From: Octopus sinensis
Taxonomy: Eukaryota
Direction of reading: 5' to 3'
Assembly: GCF_006345805.1 (NCBI RefSeq)
Contig: NC_043012.1
Span: 48,918,001-48,982,000, forward strand
DNA length: 64,000 bases
Both the position numbers and the translations under genes were made by a program. This document shows, piece by piece, positions 11,860 through 26,713 of the stretch; position 1 is the first letter of the stretch; every line of letters starts with the position of its first letter. Under the pieces are notes generated by a model that saw nothing but the letters and a program-made list of their open reading frames with translations, was not told the DNA's origin and did no database searches.

Positions 11860-13050
11860 ACACAACAAATATATATAATATAAACAAAATTCCGGAATGA
11901 AAGTTGTTGGTACTTTGACTAAATAACGAAGTGCTTGAAAACTATAAAAGCATATTTTCAGAATCTTCATAAACAGTAGTTTCTCAAAGCAGATGGAAAT
12001 GTTTTCAAGATGAAGGAAAGGCAAGTAAGTCACCTGTAATCAACTTCTCCCTCCTCCGTCACATTCTTTTCTGGGACACAACTGAGGCATTAGAAGCTGT
12101 ACAATTGGTACTACTAGCGAACAGTGGTCCCGGTGCGCGCTCAAGCGTAGTCGCGCATCTGTGCTAGCAAGTCATGACTAGTCGATCCTTACTTTGTATT
12201 TTTGTGTTATTTACTTTGTTTAAAAAACTATTTACTTCGTGTTTTTTTTTTTATTTACTTTGTTTAACAAAAAATATTTTATTTGTGTAAAAAATTTATT
12301 TATTTTGTGTTTTATTTACTTTGCTAGGTAGTCGTTGTCGGATCGACTACTTACGACTAGCTAGCGCGGATAAGCGACTGCGCGTGTGCGCGCATCGGGA
12401 CCACTGTTCGCTAGTAGTACCGTACAATTTAAGCAAAATAATGGTTGAAATGAAACGAAACTTTAAAGAGAAATAAAGGACTGTGCATGGCGTAGCATTA
12501 TAGCAGGCCCTAAACTCAACCAGCTTACTCTAGCGTGTCTAAGAAGTGTTAAGTAAATCTCATTGTTTTTTATGAAAGTGGAAGTGATAGATACGCGCTC
12601 TCCCAGAACAACTTTCATAAGAAATCTTCTTAGAAACTTCATAAAGAAAAAAAACGCGTGCTGAACTTTTCGAAGTCTTCTGTAATGCTGTCGAGTTCTC
12701 TACCATTCAACACATTGATAAGAATGAGTTTGGTGAAGTGAGCTAGTTGAGGTTATTAATGATATTCCTGAGATGGTAGATAGCAGTTGTTCTCTTGAGC
12801 TATTCAGAAAATCTGTGGTCACTTTTACCAACATGAAGCGGGTGAGGGCATATATTCCCCCTATTCTATGCAGTAATGTTTAAACAGAAAGAGTTTCTCA
12901 ATGATGACCTCAGCTTGGAAAAATGAGAGAAAAAGTTTGCCAGTGGCATCAATCAGAGAACGGGTCTCGTTACATGCCATTTCTTAGAAGAATGTGTAGG
13001 CATCTAAAATGTACTCGGTGTCAGCAGAAAGGGCCTGGAGGTAGCAAATA
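11860..13050 (-). pseudogene. Possible highly decayed hAT transposase relic (interrupted by the 12107 MITE)
   Basis: Minus-strand peptide LLRHARVSWLSLGPAI (~12500-12550) resembles the hAT RWLSL motif; the rest is frameshifted and uncertain. Confidence 0.3.
12107..12421. mobile_element. MITE with ~80-bp imperfect TIRs, GG termini and 8-bp TSD (Merlin-like)
   Basis: ggtactactagcgaacagtggtccc...gggaccactgttcgctagtagtacc; TSD GTACAATT at 12099-12106 and 12422-12429; internal TTTACTTTG subrepeats. Confidence 0.9.
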
Positions 13051-13659
13051 AAAACTATATGCATATATTTATATGAATACGTAAATATATAATTGTAAGT
13101 GAGTGTGCGTGTGTGTGTGTGTGTGTTCATATGTGCATATAAGGATGTATGAATTCGCCTCTAAAAGCAAATTTCAGGCCAACCATTCATCTATGACAAA
13201 ACTTAATATATTATATATATATATTATATATATATATATTTGTGTGTGTGTATGTGTGTTTGTGAGTGTCTATGTTTGTGAAAAGTGTGTGTGTTTTGTG
13301 AGTGTCTTTGTTGTTAAAAAAGTGAATAGAAAAACGGCTTTGGAAAAAATCGGAGATTAATGATCAGACACCTAGGTTTCAACAAGGTGTATATAACAAA
13401 AAAAACCCCAAAAAACAAACAAACAAGTACTATGCTTTAACTATATAATAACATGTATTTTTTTTTCAGTTATAATTGCTTTTTTATTGAATAAAATAAC
13501 AAAATCTCAAAACGGTTTAAATTCTATTACCTAAACTTCTGAAACAATATACATAAATACATATGGCATAACCTACCGGACCTTTTCGTCACGAATGCAA
13601 TTCCTCTTTTGCAGAAACTTTGGGAAAAGTGACTCTATTTATTCTTCATGTGAAGACCT

Positions 13660-13701
13660 GCCTAACAACATACATACATGCATACATACGTATACATTCA
13701 C

Positions 13702-13733
<32 letters not shown>

Positions 13734-13997
13734 TCACAAATGCAAATATAATTTACACTCTGCCAATGTTGTTGCGTGTAACCTTTGTTTAGCTTGTCAC
13801 CTGAATGTGTAAATGTATCGGTAAGAATATATATGTGAGTGTGTGTGTGTGTATGAACATACATAAATATATAAATGTGTGTATATATGTATATATATAT
13901 ATGTGTGTAGTTGTGTGTGTAATAATATATGTATATATATATATATACTATATAGATATATATATACATATATATATTTTTTTTTCATATATATGTA

Positions 13998-14037
<40 letters not shown>

Positions 14038-14042
14038 TATAT

Positions 14043-14083
<41 letters not shown>

Positions 14084-14808
14084 GACACACACACACACAC
14101 CTATAACTTATACATAAGTGTACAGGTGCACTCAGATATACAAACTTATACAAATCTATATATAATACCCACCGCCCACATGAATGGTTGTGTATTGTGT
14201 TTGTTGCATATGTCCTGCTTGTGTGTGTATGTGTTTTTAAGTATGAGTGCTTCTGCGCATATGCGTGCATGTGCTTATCTGCGCGTATGAGCTTTTGTAC
14301 CGTTCGGTCTCTACACAGTATGATAAATGTCGAGAACTTGATAGGGCTTGGGAATTTATCTTGTAGTTGTTACCCGCATGGTGAACAGATTCGCACGCAC
14401 GCAGACGCGCAAACAATCACACAAACACACACACACACACACACGCACGCACACGCACACACACCACACACACACACACACACATACAAACACGCACACA
14501 AATCGCACACATATACACGCATGCTTATAGACATTGATAAATGCAGATACATACTCATATAGAAAATTGTATACGCATCAAGCACGCATATACGTATAAG
14601 CATACACACACATAAAAACATAAACACACACTGCACATACTACACGCACACACACACACACACTACAGACACACGCGCGCGATTGTAGACGTTGATAAAT
14701 GCATATGCATACACATACAGAAAATTACAAGCGCATCACACACACACACTCACACACACACACACGGAAGTGCATACACTTTCAGAAGAATCATATGCAC
14801 AGCAGACA

Positions 14809-14846
<38 letters not shown>

Positions 14847-14872
14847 ATTCACACACACACACTCACACACAC

Positions 14873-14911
<39 letters not shown>

Positions 14912-15339
14912 TCGCACAATCACTTTACACACACTAGAAGCAACACGTACGTACGTACGTACGCATGCACACGGAAGCACGTACACACACCTAGCTAACG
15001 ACACACAGGTAAACAGCGCTTCTTCTATTCGGGTACGTATTTTCGATCGATGGAAGTTTTCAGGTCATGTAGCACGATAATGTAGACATGTCTCTCTTCT
15101 TTTCTTCCCTGTTGAACACTTAAAGTAAACAGTTTTGATAGCCCAGCCACAGGAAAAGAAAGGATGTGGAAAGGATGGAGTAGATGAAAGGGCCGGTTGG
15201 GCGAGCGTGAGCGCTCATATGTGTGTGCCTATATGTATATTTATGTGTGTGTGTGTGTGTTTGTAAGTATGTATATATATATATATGTGTCTGTGTGTGT
15301 GTGTGCGTATGTGAGTGTTTGTAAGTATGTATGTATACT

Positions 15340-15373
<34 letters not shown>

Positions 15374-15382
15374 GTAAGTATG

Positions 15383-15414
<32 letters not shown>

Positions 15415-15434
15415 AGTGTTTGTAAGTATGTATG

Positions 15435-15472
<38 letters not shown>

Positions 15473-15560
15473 CGTGTGTGAGTGTTTGTAAGTATGTATG
15501 TATGTATATATATATGTGTGCGTGTGTGTGTATGTGTGTGTGTGCGTGCGTGTGTGTGCA
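13660..15560. repeat. Clustered (CA)n/(TG)n/(AT)n microsatellites
   Basis: Directly visible, with short unique spacers. Confidence 0.9.
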
Positions 15561-15647
15561 TGTGTATACATATATAAATTTTACGTATCACAATCAGATA
15601 AAATTCCGGAGGAGGAAAAGCATTTAGATAAGAGACTCCGCAAATAG

Positions 15648-15717
15648 GTAATAACGATAATAATAATAATGATGATAATAATAATGATAATAATAATAAT
15701 GATAATGATAATAATAA

Positions 15718-15796
<79 letters not shown>

Positions 15797-15844
15797 AATA
15801 ATAATAATAATAATAACAACGATAATAATAATAATGATATAATA

Positions 15845-15885
<41 letters not shown>

Positions 15886-15959
15886 AATAATAATAATAAT
15901 AATAATAAATAATAATAATAACAACGATAATAATAATAATGATAATAATAATAATAATG

Positions 15960-16000
<41 letters not shown>

Positions 16001-16056
16001 AATAACAACGATAATAATAATAATGGTAATAATAATGATAATAATAATGAATGATG

Positions 16057-16105
<49 letters not shown>

Positions 16106-16173
16106 TAATAATAACAACGATAATAATAATAATGATAATAATAATGATAATAATAATAATGATGATGATGATG

Positions 16174-16214
<41 letters not shown>

Positions 16215-16274
16215 TAATAATAATAATAATGATGATGATGATTATGATGATGATAACAATAGTTGTAGAACTAT

Positions 16275-16311
<37 letters not shown>

Positions 16312-16330
16312 TGTTGTTGTTGTTGTGGTA
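15648..16330. repeat. Compound (AAT)n/(GAT)n/(AGT)n/(GTT)n tract
   Basis: Directly visible, ~680 bp. Confidence 0.95.
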
Positions 16331-17635
16331 GTAAAGATCCTGAAAAGAGAATGAGATGAAAAATGTAAGGAGAAAAATGAGAAAGAGAGTGGGAGGGGGG
16401 GAGAAAAAAGGGAGAGAGGTGAGTGGGTGACTGATAAATTGAAGAAATAAGCAGAAAGACTAAGAGATAAATAAACATACATAAATATACACCCAGCTAA
16501 ATAAATACATGTCAAAGACATGCATTCTTGTATGAATTACATATATATACACACACACACAGTGGTACAACGTCACACACAAAGATACGTAGCAACAAAT
16601 ATGCATACATGACTTGACACACGTAAAATCAGTCACGAGGGGCTGCAAGAAAATAAAAAAATAAAAACAGGACATAGAGAAAAAAATAAACTAAATGTTT
16701 TCCGCCAGGAATATTCCAAGAAGATAACCGCTCTATACTGCTATTTATTCTCTCGCAGCAATATGTTGTCGTAACAGTTAAGGAAATCCAAATACCCATC
16801 TCAGCTGTAATTTCTTTCATAAATGACCTAAAGCGGTGACATGTACAGAAAAGCTATCTCCTAGCAAATGATAGCTATCTAATACCCGCTGAATTAAAAG
16901 AAACGGAGAAAGTAGAAAGGAAGAAAAAAAAATGAGAGAAAAAAAATGCCTATAAGTAACTGAGATGTGATGGAAAATGTCAGTTAAGTGAAAGTCGTGT
17001 TGAAGATTGCTCACATCAGAAGCAGAAACTCCAAAAAAGATGTCAACATGGTACGGTTCTCTTAATGAAGCATGTTATCTAAACGAAAAACGATATTCGG
17101 TGTCGTTCTTCGACAGAGGTAATATGATGTGAAAACCAAAATCGCAAAATCGCAATCAAGTTTCAAGTGAATGTATTCCATACTTTTCAAAATAACAGAT
17201 AGTGCTGAAATGACACAATCAAAACAGCTTTTATTCTTAAACACAACAAGAGGACTAAAAATAGCCATCTGTTGAAGAAATTATCTGTACGGCTTCCATG
17301 AAGAATCGCGTAAAAACGTTAAAAAAGAAAATATCCAGTTCCAATTGACACAAGATCTAGATTCTTTTATTTGCTATCCTACAGTTGTTGTTCTCCGAAA
17401 CTCTTTTTTGTCAGCTAACATGGTTCTGGAGGTTAACTTTAATTCATCTCAATATCAGCTTTCCATGTTGTTCATTCATGTCGTCTGCTGTATGTAGATT
17501 ACGTATGATTCATTGACCTACTAAAATGAACAGCCAAATCTTCCCCAAATCACGCATTACGGTCTTAAAGAAAGAAACAACCTATGAGATAATGTAGACC
17601 TAAATATAATATGGCCGTAAATTGTAATGAAGAAA

Positions 17636-17666
<31 letters not shown>

Positions 17667-18540
17667 CAGTTAATTGGAAGAATAGTTAGAGTTAGATAAA
17701 ATGCTTTGTGGTATTTCTTTCGTATCTTGACATACTGAGTTCAACTCTGTCGAGGTCATGTTTATTTTTCATCTTTCCACGGTCGGTGAAATAAAGTGGC
17801 ATTCAAGATCTAAAGTCGATTAAATCGACTCCACCCATACATACAATAAGAAAAAAGAAACAAAACAAAAGAAAAAACAAAAAAAGAAGAAAAAAACGCA
17901 AATATATTACATGTTCAAAAATATAATCCGGCTGACAAAATTCTAGCATAAAATCGGACGCTTTTGATCATAGGTTTTGATCATCCATTCTTTACTGACC
18001 TGGGGCTAAACAAGCATCAACAACAACAACTATGTATATTGGACATAATATTGATTTTATCGGGTGAAAAGCGGGTGACAGACGTGACAAAAACGTTACA
18101 TCATGGCACAGACTTCCAAGTGAATCTGAAGTCAACATTGCAATCTAACGAGACGTGATTCTGGTTACAACTGCAAGCTATATAGATATATGTTAGCCAT
18201 TTCAAATCGAAAGATCTAAGAGAAATCGGGAGAGTCTAAAGTAGCGTTGCTCAATCTTTTTGATTCCGTGCCTTACTGAAAAAAAAAATCAAATAAAAAT
18301 TAACTGACGTACTTCACATGGCAAGTTTAAAAGAAACTGATTAGAAGTTCAACATTTAGAAAAAAATATACAAAACTATTTGTTACCTTGTGCTATGTTG
18401 TAAATCCTACCTATAACAAAATTACGCATAATATGTTTGTTCAAGGTAGTGTTATTACCTTCTGAGTTGAAAGCTGCTGAGGTTAACTTTGTATTACATC
18501 CTTCCAGTGTCGATTAAAAACAGTGCCATCCAAGAACTAG

Positions 18541-18881
18541 GAGGAGGAGAGCCCTTCGGTCATGAATGACCATAGTATTAACCTAGAAAGTTACCCACCG
18601 AGGCACAAGTTCGGGCAAGGTTGTTTATGGAAGGCCAGCAGTCGCCCATGCATACCAGCCTCCCTTCTTCACACCACTGATGTTAGCCAAGGAAAAGGCC
18701 AAGGGGCCGATACAGCTTGGCACCAGTGTTGTCGCAACTCGCTTCTACAGCTGAGTGAACTGGTGCAACATGAAATAAAGTGTCTGGCTCAAGAATACAA
18801 CACAGCCCGGTCCGGGAATCGAACTCACAACCTTACGATCGTAAGCTCTACGCTCTAACCACTAAGCTATGCGCCTTCACA
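18541..18881 (-). mobile_element. SINE family B, full length with 15-bp TSD, nested in a decayed family-C SINE
   Basis: TSD CCATCCAAGAACTAG at 18526-18540 and 18882-18896; minus-strand head has A box TAGCTTAGTGG and B box AGTTCGATTCC. Confidence 0.93.
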
Positions 18882-20504
18882 CCATCCAAGAACTAGAGGT
18901 CATTAAATTGACACTTCTATATAAACACACACACACACAAAGAAAAGTGATCTTTTGTCTACTCTCAAAAAATATATAAAACAATATGTAAAAGTATATA
19001 TAACAAATGGGGTAGAAAGTCAGGTGTTTTTAAGAATTCGCGACGCATCTAGATACTTGCGACACCCCATTTTTAGCAGGACAATTTTTAAGTCTTTGCT
19101 ATGGATCGTGGTACGTTAACAATGGAATGGGAAATAGCAATACTTAAAGTCGAGGTCTGACACTTTATCGATTTGTCTGACGCTCAACCAGCGAAGATGA
19201 ATCTATTGACGGATAAGCATGTTATTCTTTAAAAACTACTGACATACATTGGTTGTAGGTAGACAACAGTTGAGCGTCACCGTAGACAAGAGAGCATGCG
19301 TTGTGGCCCGCTGAATCTGTTGGAGACAGTAGATTGATGTTCATCGTATCATCAGGACTGTCTTATTAGCATTACATGGATATGTATTACAGTGGAATCC
19401 CTATATACATTACCACTGCATACTCGATTACCAAAGGGCCTTAGATCAGCAATTGACCAGAATGTTGATGCAAATCATGGCACTGACTATAACACCGTAC
19501 TATCGTTAAACAAAGGGAATGATGCATTGGACTGCGTTGTTCAACATACCTTATGTCTGGGTAAAAAAACAAATTGATCAAGATTATAATATCTGTGATC
19601 ACATGTCATGTTTAGCAGTGTTGACCTGGGGTTAAAAAGTGAAAACATAACATCGCTGTGGTGGAAGTAAAAGGCGGGACAAAAATTCCATATTGTATAT
19701 GTCAACAAGTATCAAAACTCTTGTTAGTAGAATTACAGCCATACTTACCACTATTCGACCATTCTACGCTTGAATCTAAACAGTCGATTCGTATCTCCAT
19801 TCCTCCAACCAATCACTAAATTGCGTTGGTGCAATTGGCTGCGCTCGCATGTTTTCATCAGCTGTCTCTACTTATATTCCGAGTTACACTTCACTGAGTT
19901 TCCTTTTACACTTGTATACAATGTTTGTATAAACACTAATAGTTTCGTATTGACTGGTGTCGATGTTTCGTGTCGTTTTGTTATAACGTTTCTATTCATG
20001 ATTGTTGACATATATTAATATATTCGCAATGTTGACATTACATATTTAGAGAAACTAGTATTATTACATTCATATTGGCATTTATTATCAGAGCTACATT
20101 GTGGTTTACATTCGGTTACCTCTGTTTGGCTTTTGTACATTAACTAGTTTCAGTCATTGAGCTGCAATTAGGAGCCTCAATCGATTCGGCTATAATATTT
20201 TACTGTCTACGCCATCGTTCTCGTCACGTACTAAATGTAAAGTGAATATAAGGGGAGATAATTCCCCAACCCTAACCCTAAAACTAACTGTGATATATTT
20301 CTGTTCGAAGGTAACGATTTTCATCTCACATTGATACACGAAAACAAGCAAATGTGTGTATGTTTATATATGTATACACACATATAAGTTGTCACATTCG
20401 CTCAACTTTCAATAATATTGTTGGAAGATAGCACCTCCCTAACAACAAAAATGATAGCTCAAAAACTGAAGGCATAAGCGTGAGAGACTCCAAGCAGTCA
20501 CGCA

Positions 20505-20720
20505 TTCTAGAAATAGCAGTCAAATCTCAATCGAATAACGCTTCGCTGTCTTTGAAATGGGTATACAGGATAATGTAATTCTTCTTTTCGTGGCATAAGA
20601 AAACAGCCATGATGGCCACGGCTAGAATGCCTTTGATCATACATATTCTTACTATTAAACTGGGGGTAAACATCATCATTATCATCACCATCGTCGTCGT
20701 CAGTAACAACAACAACCACA
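20505..20720 (+). mobile_element. Old dispersed repeat family D (probable retroposon 3' end with CAA/CAT-type tail)
   Basis: Motifs ctagaaatagcag(c/t)caaatct and gcctttgatcata...ctggggg(c)taaac recur at ~17520-18030, ~19440-19640, ~58210-58250 (minus) and ~61925-62000. Confidence 0.6.
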
Positions 20721-21250
20721 ACAATAATATAAAAAGTAATAGCAATAAAATATAAAAAATTGTCATGATTTCTTATTCTTATTTTTATTTATTTTACATT
20801 ATTGATTCTTTTTTTGGTTGTTGTTGCAAGGCAGGAGAGGAATTTGAAGTGAGGTGGGGTGGAGGCCAGATTTGTGTTTCTTGATAAAGTAAGTAGGGAA
20901 AGGATATTTTAAGTTGATCTTGCCCCAAACTTCCGTAGAGTTTGTTAGGATCTGCACTTAATTTTGATCTCTGCGGTATTAAGTGGATGACAAATAAAAT
21001 CCCCCACTGAGTAGAGAAAGTTTACAACTGTCAACGTTTCTGTCAGTTGGTTTATGTTCCTTGTAGGTAATTAATTCGAGGCACAGAAGTTCAAAATGTC
21101 CCGCATAAAGACACACAAAATAGAAAAAAATGGCGAGCAGTGGGAATGAACTCGAGAGAGAATAACTTGTTTTATCATATATTCACTGGTACATTTGTGT
21201 ATACATCTGTATATGATAGGTACTTATACATACATATATATCTGTCTGCC

Positions 21251-21324
<74 letters not shown>

Positions 21325-21384
21325 GCCAGGTCGATCGATCAATTGATTTGTGTGTATGTGTGTGTGTGTGTCTGTGTGTGTGCG

Positions 21385-21707
21385 TGGGCCCGAGCGTCGG
21401 GCTCACAATCCTGAGGTTGTGAGTTTTGACTACCGAACCGGACTGTGTGTTGTGTTCTTGAGCAAGACACTTTATTTCACGTTGCTCCAGTTCACTCAGC
21501 TGTAGAAATGAGTTGCAGTATCCATCCCTGGTACCAAGATGTATCGGCCTCTGCCTTAATCTTGGATAACATGGGTGGCGTGGAGAGGAGAGGCTGGTAT
21601 GCATGGCCGACTACTGGTCTTACAAAAGCAACCATGCCCGGACATGTGCCTCGGAGGAAAACTTTTTAGGTGTAAATCCATAGTCATTCATGACCGAAGG
21701 GGCCCTT
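21385..21707 (+). mobile_element. SINE family B
   Basis: tgtgttcttgagcaagacactttatttcacgttgctccagttcactcagctgtagaaatg...gtcattcatgaccgaaggg is the reverse complement of the 18541 copy. Confidence 0.88.
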
Positions 21708-21998
21708 TCTCGTATGTTTTCATGTATGTATGCATGTGCGTATGTTTTCATTATTCATTATTATTTCAATATTTCTTGTCAATAGAGAAAGAGCCGGTTT
21801 CTAACCATTGGAATTTCAACAACCACTGGATATATTTGCATGTATCTGTGTAAATGTGCAGTATTTGGAGTCATCGCATGTGCAGATTTGTATGTTTTGT
21901 TTTGTGCGTGTATTCTCATGCATATAGTTGCATATATACTTAAATGATATATATACTTAAATGATATGTATGTGTATGACTATGTATGTATGTTTGTA

Positions 21999-22029
<31 letters not shown>

Positions 22030-22084
22030 AGTATGCATGAATGCATGCACGATTGAATGTGCGCATCTGTATTTCATATATATA

Positions 22085-22304
22085 CGAGGAGGTACTAAAA
22101 AGTTCCTCAGTTTAAGGGTATCCATCCTGAAAGGCCTGACTGAAGGCCCAACCTTCAGAGTTCATTTACAGGGCTTAGAAAACTGAAAGACCGCTGCAAT
22201 ACGTGTGTGAATCAGAGACGATAATATTCTAAATAAAACCATGATTAAATGATCTTCCTATATTTTTATACTGCTCAAAGCCAGAAACTTTGCAGTACCC
22301 CTCA
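22085..22304 (+). mobile_element. Internally deleted mariner derivative
   Basis: TA|cgaggaggtactaaaaagttcc ... aaagccagaaactttgcagtacccctca TIRs; retains a C-terminal transposase trace (GLEN/LKDRCNTCVNQR). Confidence 0.75.
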
Positions 22305-22379
22305 TGTATACGTGTGTGATTGTGTTTATATGTTCACCCAGGATCCTTAAATTGAGAACCCCTGGAATATCTAAAAGAA

Positions 22380-24540
22380 TTTTTCCTGTTTTATCTGTAG
22401 AATGCGAATGAGCTTGATCTGTTCCTGCTTTTGGAGAACGCAAACAATTTTAGGTTTCTATGCAGGTCCTTTTTTAAATAACCCACTGCACCACTGATAA
22501 CAGAAATAACGGAAAATATATCATCCATCTATAAGAGCTGAAGATTTCTCATCAGCTCTCCACGAATGTTCCCCTTTCTTCAGTTTTTGGAAAGACCCTC
22601 ACATCTGCTGTGTAGCTGACCTTTACAATAGTTCACAACGTTTCATCCTTGTCCCATGTCAGCTTGTTGTTGTTTTTAACTATTATGTTCCACTACTACT
22701 CTTGTCTTGGGTCACCTTTGGTATGGTCATCAGAAAAACCTTTCTTGCGTATAGCAATGCAGACCATCTTAGCGACAGTGTCATATCTCAAGAGAAGGTA
22801 ATATCTTGCGAATGGTTTTTCACATACTAGTGATAACTTTGGTATTTCCCAGAATGGTTGGAACAAGCGATACTTTTTAGCACAACGTAGAAGTTAAGAG
22901 GTTGATCAGATATTTCGCAGGTATCTCATATACTTTGATTGCAAAGCCATATCCAGGAGAATTGTGATGTACTTATTACGGGTCCAGTAGAGTCTGCTAT
23001 TTCTGTTAATGTGCTAGCAATCTCTAACTTGCGGGATATGTACCCATGCATAATTTTTGGTAGTATGATGAGTATTTCACTTCCATGTCTCCGTATAAGT
23101 AGTTCAGTTCAGTCACCCTCGGTTCACACGGAGGAAATGTAAACGCAAAGTACTTTTCAGGTATTATTCGCCTAATAGCATATGTCTTCATTGTTAAGTA
23201 TACACCTGATATACTCATTATTCTTCAACCTCCAACCTTCCGTTTAACATAGATCCTATCATTATCACTGATGAGGAGGAAGCTACAAGCCATTGTTAGT
23301 ATCTTTCTAGTTCTAGTATCCAATTTGCAGATTTCTTTGTGTTCAGTCTAGTATCACCAATGCAGGTACGGAAGCATTGTAAAGTATAGTTTTATTGACT
23401 GCAGCCAGCTCTGACTTACCATACCTTGCGAAATCTGCGGAAGTATTCTTTTGTCATCTAGCTTTACTCAGAGGATCATCATATGCAACATTCTCGTCGA
23501 TTCCCAGTTATTAGTAATATGATATCTATATACCTTGCCTGGTCGACAAACTTTCCTCGGCTGATTACGAACACTAGTTCTGACGAAACCACCTGCCTAT
23601 ATCTCATGAAAGTGTTGCGGCCATCTTTAACTGTTTCTTGATGTTATAAGTATTGCTCGAGTACAACTTAAGGTCATAAAAAGTGACATTAATCTTTCTT
23701 TTATCTGCATCCCTATCATGTAACCCCTGTATTTCTTCAACAGGGTTGACAAAGGTTCACTGCTAAGACGATAAACATTACAGATAAGCTGTTATCCCAA
23801 AATATTTCTTTCGATAGTTTAATTCTTTTAGTTCTTATCGATAATTCTGTTGACCATTTAGTTGTCAGCCTCTTCATGGCATTGGCTACGGCAGTTGGAA
23901 ACCTATCAAGGTACAGAGACTCAATCTATGAATGAACAGAGTCGAACGCCACCTTATAGTTTAGCTATACAGTGATCAGGTTTTTCTTCCTTAAGGACAG
24001 TTTTGTTCATTCACGATATGTTTGGCACAGCTTCAGACTCCTTTTTTTCCCTTCTCCTGCCTGCTTTTCTATTACCACAATGTGTGTTTGATAGTAATCC
24101 CGGAGAAATGCAACCTATAAATCCTATAGTTTTTAGTCATTTGCGTCTCCTGGTTTTTAGCTATGCGCAACTACCAACTCATCTGGCACATTAATCTCGG
24201 CCTTCATTGTTGTTTCGAATAGGATAACTGGAGATGCCTTATAAAAGGTGACCTTTCTATACCAATAACCAACACTTAGGGCACCCTCAGATGATTTTTC
24301 TATTCGGTACTTTTGCAACAACCGCTAAGATGGTTTCACACTTGATATAATTTTTGGCGAGAATTTTACACTGAACTCACTCCGTAGCTCAACTACACAC
24401 TTTGCATCACGGTTATGCCGTTGTTTTACATCCTAAGTCTTTTCCAAAATGACTCGAGGTGATCCAGGGAAGACGTTTCTAACAATCTTGATGGAATTAC
24501 TTTTAATACAGCAATACATCGCTAGTGGATTTATTACAAA
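22380..24540 (-). mobile_element. Decayed R4/Dong-type non-LTR retrotransposon (RT plus restriction-like endonuclease)
   Basis: Minus-strand translations in the expected order: LNYKVAFDSVH (~23950), KEIFWDNSLSVMFIVLAVN (~23790), FYDLKLY (~23670), RYYLLLRYDTVAK (~22790), WNIIVK..WDKDETL*TIVKVSYTADV and GELMRNLQLL..SGAVGY (~22690-22480). Many stops and frameshifts. Confidence 0.8.
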
Positions 24541-26274
24541 CATGCAATTGATGGGTTTTCGTTCAAGTATGTTGTTCTTATAACGAAATTGTTCGCTTAC
24601 GTATGTATGGACATATATAATATGCTTTATATCATATTTTATTATATATACTTACGTTTATATATGTATACACACATACACACACATGTATACGTATGTA
24701 TATATATAATAGCACTATGTTACGGGACATGTTTTATCGATAGCAGCGGTATTAAGTTAGCTGATATTTAAATAGAATAATAATAACCCGAATTGATGGA
24801 TTTGAACTTAAAGCTTAAAAGCAACAAACTGCGTCTGGTATTTGATAACATTTATGAACCCTGAAGATTATTGTTTTGTCTGGGTCGTGTCAAAAGTCAA
24901 TGGTTATAACACAAAATCATGAAGTATGTTTGTTGTCGGAGACAGGAATAACTATTCCGTATTAAGCTATGTGGAGCTCTTTCTAAACGAACGCTATTTT
25001 TTCTCTTGAGTTTCGCTTCACGTTTTATCACCATGACGCTAAGAACGGTAAAGCAACAAGAACAGCAATAGCAATACAGGTAAGAAAACAAGAAGAAAAT
25101 GCACTACTAAAATAAAATATACAAATATATACATAAAAAATGTACTAGGATGATGGAGGGAACACTAACAGGGGTTTTAGATGTCTTGAGTAAAAGTGAA
25201 TTGGTGAATATGAGTATAATATGGTTAGGTGGTAGGGCAAGTTATTCTGAGAAGAGAATGTGTTTGGGATTGGTTTTACTAGAGAGATATATGTAGATAG
25301 GAATTGGAAATAAAATGCGTAGGGAAATTCGATGGCTTTATGGGCTTACTGATCTATAATAACCACATATAAGATTTTTAAAAGGGACCTAGATATCCTA
25401 CATGAAGAAGAATAGATTGACCAATTGCAATGCACGCATCGAGACTTTACGAACTGTAAGACGCAGAAGAGTATGCTTTGTTTTCTTGATGGTCAACTTG
25501 CATATACTATGATGATTCAGAACAGTATCCCTGAAGCTATAACTGTGGTTGTTTACCCAAGCTGTGGTGGTCAGTGTTCTTAGCCAGCACAATAGCTACA
25601 CATATGGTCATTTGGTGTGAGATCGATATCCTCAGTAAAAGACAGGAGGTAGTTAGAGATTTGTCAGTGGGTGAGTATAAGGGGGAAAAAAGTTAGCAAA
25701 ACATTAGAAAAGAATAATGAGAGAAGAATGAGTAGAGAGATAGAGCAAAGAAGAAAAAAGATAATAAAAGGATAAAAAATAGAGACAAGACTAAGAGAGA
25801 GGAAGGGGTGTTGATAGTAATGCTGATGGTGGTGTTGGTGGTGGGTCAAATAGTTAATTAATTACGAGAGAAAGAATGAAATTAAAGTAAAGGTGGGAAA
25901 TGACCCAAGAGAATTTATGATCGATATACAATTGGATTCTTGAAATTCAGTTCTTTAATCAGTGAAAAAAATAAGGAGAGGAGATAATTAAAGAAAAAAA
26001 ATCAAAAGGAATGATAAAAAAAAAACGATAAAAATGATCAAGAGGTGGCGTAAACTTATTTCCATGGTTACCTGGTATCAATTATAGGATATGTGCGTGT
26101 CCATGTGCGCGCATGCGTGCGCGTGCGTGTGTAGATAATGTGTACTAATGTGTGCATGCGTGAGTGTATATATGTCTGTGATTGTGCATACATAATCGTA
26201 TATAGATCTGTGTGGTATTCATGTGTCATGGATGTATGTTTTGCCTGTAAATACATGTGTGCGTATATGTATGC

Positions 26275-26327
<53 letters not shown>

Positions 26328-26411
26328 TGTGCATATATATATATATGTGTGTGTAAATGTGCATATATATGTATGTATATATACATATACATACATATAT
26401 ATATGTATATA

Positions 26412-26464
<53 letters not shown>

Positions 26465-26606
26465 CATATATATATAGAGAGAGAGAAAGAATGAAAGAAA
26501 AAGAGAGAGCGAGAGACAGAAGGAGTGAAATAATGTCATCAGTCGCATATACGTGTGAACACGCAGATACCTTATCGCACATATAAGTCACACTTAGAGA
26601 GAGAAA

Positions 26607-26648
<42 letters not shown>

Positions 26649-26666
26649 CAGACAAAGAGTGAGAGT

Positions 26667-26713
<47 letters not shown>

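Noticed and set aside
15241-16521. 426-aa ORF and the many YI/HT/CV/poly-I/poly-H ORFs
   Set aside because: They are translations of microsatellites that lack stops in some frames; no protein-like complexity.
18800-18880. tRNA gene
   Set aside because: A/B boxes are present, but it is the head of a TSD-flanked SINE; the same applies to the other SINE heads.
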